Virus record (IMG/VR): IMGVR_UViG_3300027486_000276
Location: 25,790 to 89,789 of that record
Length of the DNA stretch: 64,000 nucleotides
From: a virus
Taxonomy: Duplodnaviria; Caudoviricetes
Reading direction: 5' to 3' (one strand)
Numbering within the stretch: position 1 is the first letter of the stretch; every line of letters starts with the position of its first letter. The notes beneath the pieces were generated by a model, which was not told where the DNA came from, made no database searches, and worked only from the letters and a program-made list of their open reading frames with translations. Both the position numbers and the translations under genes were made by a program. Below, one piece after another: positions 1 through 8,059 of this stretch.

Positions 1-3000
1 TATGATCTTTTAAATGAATACCAAAAGAAAAATCGTCATATTCTTGAAGGTCTCTCTCTTAGAGATGCTCTAAAAATATCTTATCCTCAGTTAATGTATA
101 GAGAAAGAGGGACGAGTAAAGAGTCAAGTCTGAGCTTCATGAAAATATCTACTGAAAAAAGTCCATTTGAAAAGGAAACTCTTACTGGAAAAAAAATATT
201 TTCTTCAGTCTTAGATAAATTAACTGGCATATACGGATCTGATGTACCAGAATTCGTAAAAGATGTCGAAGCGCGTAAGATTTATATAAGTGAGTTATAT
301 GATACTTTCTCTAAAGGTCATGTTCCTAATTTTGCTTATAAATTAAAGAAAAGAAAGCAATATGAAAATGATAAAAAGAATAATTTTAGAACATTAACTG
401 ATCCTGAAACAGGAAGCCATTTGGATTACTATCCCGGAAATTTTGTCAATCCAAATACAGGTAGTTACGAAAAGGGTTTAAAAATCAGCTACATTGAATC
501 TAATCAAAAGGGTCAAGGTCAAGAGATGTTTGATCGATATTCAAAAACCGCCAAACGACTAGGAGTTAATTCTTACTCTTCTGTTATTGTAGCACAAGGC
601 GACAAATTAAAGAGAGTCATTCCTCAAAAACAATATGCTCTTTTAAGAGACAAAGATAAAGAAAAGCATTATGTTTTAGAAGAAACTTCAATAGAAGATA
701 TAGTTAAAATAGCTTATCCTCAATTGTCTTATAGACAAAAAGGGTTGTCTAAAAGCACAAATTTAAAATTTTCAAATCGTAACTATGTTGGGCGCATGGA
801 AGAAGAGGAGATTTTTGGTAAAAATATTTTATCTTTGGTTCAAGGCAAAATTAAAGATCTTTATAAAAATGATAAACAGTCTTTCATTGATGCCGTTATT
901 GACGGAGATCTCGCAATAGAGGCTTTAGTTGATACTTTTTCTAAAGGTCATATACCTAATTTTAATGCAGTCCAAGAAGCAATAGGAAGAGAGATGGCCG
1001 CTGGATACTCCTCTTCTCAAGTTAAAGTAGGCCAAAGCAGCAAACTAAAGACAAGCTTCAATCCAATGGGATTAGGAGTTTATAACTCCACAGAAGGTTC
1101 TCTTAATGGTGGAATTGGATTAGCAGAAAAAGCTGGAATAGACCCTAAGACAAAAGGAATGTCTTCAAAAGGACATATCCCTAATTTTGCTGACTTTGGA
1201 GGCGCAGATGCTTTTATATTGATTGCCGCTTTTGGAACTCTTAGTACTGCTTTAAAAGAAGTTTCAGGAAATTTCCAGAATCTAAAAACAACTTCAGATA
1301 ATTTAAAAAAATCATATGAATCTGCTGCTGCTAGTTTTGCAAGCGAAATGGGTAAGGCTAAACAATCACTTAATAGAACTTTATCATCTATTGAAAGCGA
1401 AGTAAAGAGTACTTTTACTAATATAGATCCAAAGACTTTAAAACAAAAAGGTTCTTCTGTTGCTCCTTTAGTTATGGGGCCTCGCGTTAGAGATGCTCTT
1501 GGAACATATACTAGTTCTCCTCAAGCCGCATCTTCAGAACAAGTAGCAAGATTGGAAGAGTTAAGAAATCAAACCGTTGAGGCTAGAAAACAAGAAGCTA
1601 AAAGAATTAGAGAAGCTAGGGCGGGATTAAGACAAATGCAGGGACAGATAGCCGAAACAGAAACTCCTTTCTTTTCAAGAGGCAGTTTTTCATCAGGAGG
1701 AAAAGCAGATAGATACGTTAGAGGAATGGGCACTCAAATTGGTTTAATCGGCAGTGTTATTTCAAATGTCGCTGGACAATTCATCTCTCCAGAAAACAAA
1801 ACAGCAAAAGCTGCAATGGCCGGTGTAGGAGAAATTAGTTCTTTTGCTGGTTTAGGAGCGCAATTTGGTGTTCCCGGTATGGTGCTAGGAGGAATTGCGG
1901 GACTTGGATCTGCTCTTTTAAAACTTAAAGATGCTAAAGCTGAAGAAGCTATCGATAAAATCAATAAATCTTTAGGAGAGACAAAAGAAAAATCTTCTGA
2001 ATTTTCTGGTGCCGCTCAAAATTACTCTACTTCTTTAGAAGGTTTACAAAACGCTTTAAATGATCCTAAGACGAAACCTGAAGCACTATTAAAGTTTCAA
2101 AATAATCTAACAGAAGCTTTAAATAGTATTCCTGAAGAGTTCAGAAGTAAAGTATTAGCCGCAGGTTCAGACATAACTAAAGTTAGTGAAGCTATTGGCA
2201 ATATAAATAAAGAAATGGCTAATACTCAAAAGAATTTGGAGCGTCAATTAGCTATTACAGAGTTTATTGAAAAGCAATCTTCTATTTTTGGCAGAGCCAG
2301 TTTAAAACCAAAAGATCAAGAGGTATTTAATAGACTATTTACTTCTTCTATTAAATCAGAAGAATTAGTTAAAAAATTTACTGGTAAAAATGCTAAAGAA
2401 GATTTTGGCAATTTTATTGATTCTTTAAAATCCGAAGCGATTTATGATAAAGATATTATCGGGCCTTATAATTCTCGTTTAGGGACTGAGACGCTTGTAA
2501 ATAAGGAAAGCGCAGAAAATATAAAAGCGCAGTTAAGGCAAAAAACAATTATCCCAGAAGAAATAATTAATCAGCTTGATAAAGCTTTCGCTGAACTTGA
2601 TGGTAAAGCATTAGGTTCTTTATTAGACTCTATCAAAAAAGCGGGTATAAGCGTTTTTGATTTTACTGAGAAAACAAAAATTCTTGGAGAAATAGCAGCA
2701 GAAAATGCAAAAAGAATCAAAGAAAATGAAGAATCTCTTAAAGCTTTAAATAATCAGTATAATAATATTAATCTTCAAATTTCTAATCAAATTGATATAG
2801 AAAAAAATCGCGCTCAAACCATTAGAGAAATAAATAAAATTCAAGCAGAAGGCGTGGTTTCAATCCAAAGAGCTAGAGTTAAAGGTCTTTTAGAATCAGC
2901 TACTCCATTTATTAGTGAGTCTTCAAAATCGGACATCCAAAATCAATTAGATCTAAATGAGATAACTTCTAGACAAAATTCTAAAATTCAAGAAGCTTCT

Positions 3001-6000
3001 AATAAACTTTTAGATTCTTTTTCAAATACAATAATTAAAAAATCAGAAGAAGCTAGATCAAAAGTTGTTCCTGCTATTGAAGGAGCCAAATCTGAAAACG
3101 CTATTCAACAAGAAAGATTTGTTTTCCAAAATCAAATTCAAAAACTAACTCCTTTAATTACTCAATCATTAAAAGAAATAACTTCTGGCGGAAACATAGG
3201 AGATATTCAAGCAAATTTAATTAAGAGTATAACAGGATTTTCTAAATTCAAGCCTGAAGAAAGAGATGTCCTTATACAGAGTCTTGAAGTGTCTTTTGCA
3301 GAATTTAAAAATACTCTTGCTGAAATAAAGGCTCAAGGTGATGTAGATATTCAGATTCAAGAAGCTCAAAGAGAATATCAAAAACAATCACTAGCCTTAA
3401 ATCAAAGACTTTCTTTTGCTGGTGGCGCACAAGCTTTAAGTTCAACTGGTAAAACAGGGGTTTCTGATCTTTTTGATAATATTTCTGAGTTAGTTTCTGA
3501 ATTAAGACAAACAAATACTATTGGAAATGCTGCTCAAAAAGGATCTAGTGCTTTTAAATTGCTTGATGTGTTAACAAATCAATTGCAGTTAAATAGAAAT
3601 ATTAATGCTCCAAATCTACCAAATAATTTTATTGGACCAAATATAAGTGGAGAGATGTTTAATAAACAAGTCTCATCTGATTTAACCCCTTTAGCAGCTA
3701 CAGCAATTGCTGGCAGAGTACAACAAATAAGAGATAGTTTAGATTTAGCTCGTAAAGTTACTGAAATACAAATAGGAAAAACAGCTCAAGGAACTGCTTT
3801 AGGTACTGCTTTCGATCAAGCAAAAGAAGGAGCAGTAAGAACTGCTTTAGATCAAATTGCTTCTCAGTTTAAGTTAGAGAATATGGGTAATTATCTTGAT
3901 GTATTACAACAAGAAGCTAGATTTTTAAATCAATTAACCCAAGATCAAAATTCTATTTTAGAAAGCACATTACCAAAAAGTATAAATGACAATTTTAATA
4001 CTGTTATTACCCGAGAAGTAGGTACAAAATTAACTACATTAACTACATCATTACAAAATGTTATTAATAAATTAGCTACCGATACAAAGAGAACAAATCT
4101 TTTAACTGAAAGATCTAATCTTTTGCCAGTTGCAAGCGTAGGTACTAGAAAAGCTATTTTTGATAGAATAGCTCAATCACAAGATTTAACAGATCTTCCT
4201 AAAGGAGTAAAATTTATAGATGATAAAGAAAGAATATCCTCTTTAAAAACAGAAATAAAAGATTTAGAAAGCTATTTAGAAAGTTTGAAGACAGTTGGAC
4301 AAGCGCAGATACAGCCAATTACTAAAGAATTGCAGAGATATCAACCACAAACAGATATGGATGAAATTTTATCTGGCTTGCAAAGATATCAAACAGAAGA
4401 ACAGGCAATGCAATCTACTATTCAAAGCGCGAAAATTTCTTCTGAAGCAGAAGCTAAATTAACAGAAGCTAAATCTACTCTACAAAAACTTAGTAAATAT
4501 GAAGGAAGTGATCCTAAAAAATTAGAATCACTTTTGGAAAGTTTAAAAAGTGAACTAATTAGATTGAACGAACCTACAAAACAAGATTATTTAAATACTA
4601 CTTATGAAGGACTTGCAAAACAAATTTTTAGAGATTTTAACCAGCAGATGTCTATTGAAGACATAAAATCTTTAAAAGAAAACGCTCGTAAAGAAAGAAA
4701 TTTAGCGACCGAAAAGCCTTTGATGGATGTAGATGCTAAAGTAGGTACTGGCTCAGGACAAGGTTCAAAAACTTCGACAGATGGTGGTGTAAAACGAGAT
4801 ATTCCTAGCCAATTAAGATTATTAAGAGAAAATTCAGATAGAATTACAAGTTTGCTTGCATTTAGATTACAAAATGACAAAGAACTTATTGACCTTAATG
4901 AAAAAGTAAATGCACTTTTAAAAGGTGATGCAGTTGACACAGCCAAAAGAGCAGAATTAATTAAGCTTCAAACTGAATTAAGAGCAAAAACTTTAGAACA
5001 AGAAGGTAAAGTCGCAGAAGAGTTATATAATTTATATTATAAAGAGTCATATGGAGAAACTTTCTTTAAGGATGAAAGAGCAGCTTTTGCTAACGCTAAA
5101 ATCGAAAATGAAGCTCGTCAAGGAAGAGTAGATATTGGAGCCATAACAGAAAAGAATACTACTTACAATAGAGCCGATTTTGCTAGAGACACTGGTCAAT
5201 TGATCGACACTTTCCAAACTGATTTCAAATCAGGTATTGCTAGTGCATTTGGTGAAGCTATCAAAGGAACTAAAACTCTTAAGGATGCATTTAGAGATAT
5301 GTTCCAAGGCATCTTAAATAGAATGCTTGATAAGTCTTTAGAGATGGGAGTTGATGCTTTATTTGCTTTTGGTAAAGCTGCAACTGGCAGAAAAGATGGT
5401 GGATTAATCAGAGGTTATAATTCTGGAGGTATGGTTGTTGGTGGCTCTGGAATGAAAGATGATGTACCCGCTATGATGAGTGGCGGCGAATACGTTATCA
5501 AGAAGTCTTCTGTTAAAAAATACGGTTCTGATTATTTAAGAGCTTTAAATGGAGGTATTGTTCCTAAATATGCAACTGGAGGATTCTCTATAGGCCCATT
5601 GCAGAATGAATTCTTATACAATGATCCTGATCGTCCAACTTCTGGAGAGTTTGCTATTGATTCTAGACTATCAGCCGCAGCTTTAACTGACGAGAATAAT
5701 CCTCAAAATAGATTAAGACAAGATCGTTATGAAAAGCTTGATCAATACTTACAAGACAGATCTCAATACGAGAAAGACAAACAGCAAGCTATTAAAAATT
5801 ACAAAAATCAAGTAAATAGCACTTTCTATTCAGGTTTAACTGCTGCTGCTGTTCAATTAGGTGCTGCTGGCCTTACGGTTGGAGCAGCTAATATGAGAAC
5901 TAATGCAGCAACATCTGCTGCAAGAGGTCTAGAACCCGGAGGCAACTTAACTCAAGCTCAATTAAACGCTCAATATGCAAGAAATCTTAGGTCAAATGGT

Positions 6001-6549
6001 GGTTATATAGCTAGATTTGCTGGCGGTGGATCAACAGGTAAAGATAATATTCCTGCCTTGTTAATGGGCGGCGAATATGTCATGAACAAGAAAGCCGTAG
6101 ATATGTACGGCAGAGACTTCATGAATCAATTAAATACTGGTACATTGCCTAAGTATGCCAGTGGCGGAATGGTTGGTACAAGCTATACAGCAGGTCAAAA
6201 TGTACCTGAATCTAGCGTGACCGAACTAGTCGCTGCTCTTAATACATTGAATGAAAACCTTTCCAAGGGCAATGACATCACCCAAGCTGAGTCAGGTAAA
6301 ATTTCTGCTGCTGGAGCAAATCAAGAATCTGGAATGTCTGTAGTTAATAACATTTCAATTAATGTTGCTCAAAGCGGCGAAGTCACTTCTGAAGCTAATG
6401 CTACCACTCAAAATGGCGGCTCCAATACCAACAAAGATCAAAACAGCATTCAAAACAATGCTAAACTTGCTGAACTACTCAGAAGCAAAGTCGTTGAAGT
6501 ATTGGTCGAGCAGAAGAGACCCGGAGGATTACTTTACGCCAGCAGATAA
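1..6549 (+). CDS. Giant tail tape-measure protein (5' partial), with N-terminal GNAT-like cassettes
   Basis: Frame is open from base 1 (YDLLNEYQKK...) through the listed ATG at 94, so the gene starts upstream of the window. Long Ala/Gln/Glu/Lys helical body, Gly/Ala hydrophobic stretch (GLGAQFGVPGMVLGGIAGLGSALL), duplicated C-terminal 'GG..G.KD.VPA..GGEYV..K..V..YG' motifs typical of TMPs; adjacent to tail-tip genes. Confidence 0.88.
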   Translation, partial: YDLLNEYQKKNRHILEGLSLRDALKISYPQLMYRERGTSKESSLSFMKISTEKSPFEKETLTGKKIFSSVLDKLTGIYGSDVPEFVKDVEARKIYISELYDTFSKGHVPNFAYKLKKRKQYENDKKNNFRTLTDPETGSHLDYYPGNFVNPNTGSYEKGLKISYIESNQKGQGQEMFDRYSKTAKRLGVNSYSSVIVAQGDKLKRVIPQKQYALLRDKDKEKHYVLEETSIEDIVKIAYPQLSYRQKGLSKSTNLKFSNRNYVGRMEEEEIFGKNILSLVQGKIKDLYKNDKQSFIDAVIDGDLAIEALVDTFSKGHIPNFNAVQEAIGREMAAGYSSSQVKVGQSSKLKTSFNPMGLGVYNSTEGSLNGGIGLAEKAGIDPKTKGMSSKGHIPNFADFGGADAFILIAAFGTLSTALKEVSGNFQNLKTTSDNLKKSYESAAASFASEMGKAKQSLNRTLSSIESEVKSTFTNIDPKTLKQKGSSVAPLVMGPRVRDALGTYTSSPQAASSEQVARLEELRNQTVEARKQEAKRIREARAGLRQMQGQIAETETPFFSRGSFSSGGKADRYVRGMGTQIGLIGSVISNVAGQFISPENKTAKAAMAGVGEISSFAGLGAQFGVPGMVLGGIAGLGSALLKLKDAKAEEAIDKINKSLGETKEKSSEFSGAAQNYSTSLEGLQNALNDPKTKPEALLKFQNNLTEALNSIPEEFRSKVLAAGSDITKVSEAIGNINKEMANTQKNLERQLAITEFIEKQSSIFGRASLKPKDQEVFNRLFTSSIKSEELVKKFTGKNAKEDFGNFIDSLKSEAIYDKDIIGPYNSRLGTETLVNKESAENIKAQLRQKTIIPEEIINQLDKAFAELDGKALGSLLDSIKKAGISVFDFTEKTKILGEIAAENAKRIKENEESLKALNNQYNNINLQISNQIDIEKNRAQTIREINKIQAEGVVSIQRARVKGLLESATPFISESSKSDIQNQLDLNEITSRQNSKIQEASNKLLDSFSNTIIKKSEEARSKVVPAIEGAKSENAIQQERFVFQNQIQKLTPLITQSLKEITSGGNIGDIQANLIKSITGFSKFKPEERDVLIQSLEVSFAEFKNTLAEIKAQGDVDIQIQEAQREYQKQSLALNQRLSFAGGAQALSSTGKTGVSDLFDNISELVSELRQTNTIGNAAQKGSSAFKLLDVLTNQLQLNRNINAPNLPNNFIGPNISGEMFNKQVSSDLTPLAATAIAGRVQQIRDSLDLARKVTEIQIGKTAQGTALGTAFDQAKEGAVRTALDQIASQFKLENMGNYLDVLQQEARFLNQLTQDQNSILESTLPKSINDNFNTVITREVGTKLTTLTTSLQNVINKLATDTKRTNLLTERSNLLPVASVGTRKAIFDRIAQSQDLTDLPKGVKFIDDKERISSLKTEIKDLESYLESLKTVGQAQIQPITKELQRYQPQTDMDEILSGLQRYQTEEQAMQSTIQSAKISSEAEAKLTEAKSTLQKLSKYEGSDPKKLESLLESLKSELIRLNEPTKQDYLNTTYEGLAKQIFRDFNQQMSIEDIKSLKENARKERNLATEKPLMDVDAKVGTGSGQGSKTSTDGGVKRDIPSQLRLLRENSDRITSLLAFRLQNDKELIDLNEKVNALLKGDAVDTAKRAELIKLQTELRAKTLEQEGKVAEELYNLYYKESYGETFFKDERAAFANAKIENEARQGRVDIGAITEKNTTYNRADFARDTGQLIDTFQTDFKSGIASAFGEAIKGTKTLKDAFRDMFQGILNRMLDKSLEMGVDALFAFGKAATGRKDGGLIRGYNSGGMVVGGSGMKDDVPAMMSGGEYVIKKSSVKKYGSDYLRALNGGIVPKYATGGFSIGPLQNEFLYNDPDRPTSGEFAIDSRLSAAALTDENNPQNRLRQDRYEKLDQYLQDRSQYEKDKQQAIKNYKNQVNSTFYSGLTAAAVQLGAAGLTVGAANMRTNAATSAARGLEPGGNLTQAQLNAQYARNLRSNGGYIARFAGGGSTGKDNIPALLMGGEYVMNKKAVDMYGRDFMNQLNTGTLPKYASGGMVGTSYTAGQNVPESSVTELVAALNTLNENLSKGNDITQAESGKISAAGANQESGMSVVNNISINVAQSGEVTSEANATTQNGGSNTNKDQNSIQNNAKLAELLRSKVVEVLVEQKRPGGLLYASR
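301..1188 (+). repeat. Three dispersed direct repeats encoding (DTF)SKGH(V/I)PNF
   Basis: 301-333 gatactttctctaaaggtcatgttcctaatttt vs 931-963 gatactttttctaaaggtcatatacctaatttt (30/33 identical); shorter third copy at 1162-1188. Confidence 0.9.
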
Positions 6550-7356
6550 TTCTTTAATCTTAGAATCTATAGTCAGTATAGCCTGATTATAGATTTGCTC
6601 TATATTATTATCTTTAGCTAGTGGCAGATTAAGAAAAGGGGTCTTCTCTACCTTTACAATGAATGCTTGATTCAAGTATTCTTTGCCTGTTGGTTTATTT
6701 AATGTAATGCGATATCGTTTTATATATACTTCACCTGTCAGGAAGTTGTCTTTAATCTTTTCGTTTAGAATTACAGTGATCGAAGCCTTCTCTCGCTTTA
6801 CGTCCAATACAGAAAAAAACTTGAGAGCCTTTTTATTGTCTTTGCCTAAAATCAAGCTTACTTTTGCGCCTTTACCAGATCCGCCTTCTAATTCTGCTTC
6901 ACTAAAATCTTGAGTGAATTTTCCATTGTTAATTAAATTAACTTCAGTAATGCCTCCATTACTATTAACAGCTTTAACTTGGAGAACAGCTTTTTGATTT
7001 TTGTCTATAGATGATTCAAAGTAAGAATTTTTACCAATGGTTACATATTCATTTACTTTGTATCCAGATCCAGATTCAGTAATATCATTAATTAATGCTG
7101 TATAGTAAGTAGTAAAATAGCAATCAATAGTATCTCCATCTAAGATCAGGTCTCTTACATTGTTGTCAAATTTAATTAATGAACTTGATTCTATAGTAAA
7201 AGACTTACTATAGTTAATAACATCAGTTCGAACAACGGAGAATTTATCTTCGTTGCCAATGATTTCTATTTGCTTGCTTGGTTCAATTGTAGACCAGTTT
7301 GCTAGATTATTAGAATATATGTATTGGTCGCCAAAAGAAAATAACACATCCGTCAT
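6529..7356 (-). CDS. Putative virion structural protein (G-x-G-Y beta-repeat)
   Basis: 275-aa ORF at end of the tail-tip operon; ITESGSGYKVNE ... NGGITEVNLINNG ... GGSGKGA motifs resemble repeats in large-phage baseplate/tail proteins. Confidence 0.55.
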   Translation of the reverse strand: MTDVLFSFGDQYIYSNNLANWSTIEPSKQIEIIGNEDKFSVVRTDVINYSKSFTIESSSLIKFDNNVRDLILDGDTIDCYFTTYYTALINDITESGSGYKVNEYVTIGKNSYFESSIDKNQKAVLQVKAVNSNGGITEVNLINNGKFTQDFSEAELEGGSGKGAKVSLILGKDNKKALKFFSVLDVKREKASITVILNEKIKDNFLTGEVYIKRYRITLNKPTGKEYLNQAFIVKVEKTPFLNLPLAKDNNIEQIYNQAILTIDSKIKELSAGVK

Positions 7357-7359
7357 ATA

Positions 7360-8058
7360 CTACATTATATTGTCAATTACTGCTTTTACAATAGGATGTT
7401 TTGCGCTTTCTGATTCATATCCGCTTATTTTGATCTGTGGATCTGAAATGTAACCGCAACCCAATTTCTCCATTGTTAAAGAAAGTAACTCTCCTTTTGA
7501 ACCTCTGATAGCGTGAGCAGAAGCAGTTAGACCATAGTTGAATTCAGTTTCTTCAGGAGGAGAGATGGTGACGCAAGGGACAGACTCTGAGCAACCATAA
7601 CCGGGGTCAATAATTTGTATATCTACTATGTTATAGAAAGCATTAAACTTATGAATCTTTTCGCAGTCATGAACATGGTGCATTTCTGTTCTGCAAGACA
7701 ACTCTCTTAGAAACTTTTTGTTGTTTTTAATAACTTCTGTTTGCCTATTATTAGGAGTCTCTAAAGAAATAATGAAGTCAATATCAAGCTTCTGTAATAA
7801 AGCATTTCTTTTTGCAGTCATTTCTTTGACTTTTTTATCAATAAGATTTTCTTTTTTCCATATGGAGTTTCCGTCAGGAAGAAATTTTCTATACTCTAGT
7901 ATGCTTTGATCAATATGCTTTTCTAAAGGAACAATGTAATCTACAACTTCATAGTTTATACCTACAAGTTCTAGGCGATCTAAATTTTCCATCAAGTCGA
8001 GAGAAGATTGCACATATTTATGACTGCCATTTATAAAATATACGATGTAGTGTTTCAT
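7360..8058 (-). CDS. Tail-fibre assembly chaperone-like protein with C-terminal G-x-G-Y repeat
   Basis: RNALLQKLDIDFIISLE...KKFLRELS resembles phage tail assembly chaperone motif; C-term IQIIDPGYG...PCVTISPP...GCGYISDPQIKI; directly downstream of gpJ-like gene. Confidence 0.5.
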   Translation of the reverse strand: MKHYIVYFINGSHKYVQSSLDLMENLDRLELVGINYEVVDYIVPLEKHIDQSILEYRKFLPDGNSIWKKENLIDKKVKEMTAKRNALLQKLDIDFIISLETPNNRQTEVIKNNKKFLRELSCRTEMHHVHDCEKIHKFNAFYNIVDIQIIDPGYGCSESVPCVTISPPEETEFNYGLTASAHAIRGSKGELLSLTMEKLGCGYISDPQIKISGYESESAKHPIVKAVIDNIM

Positions 8059-8059
8059 T

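Noticed and set aside
1734-4946. Antisense ORFs within the TMP (1734-1964, 3305-3514, 4602-4946)
   Set aside because: Shadow frames of a strongly supported gene; no motifs.
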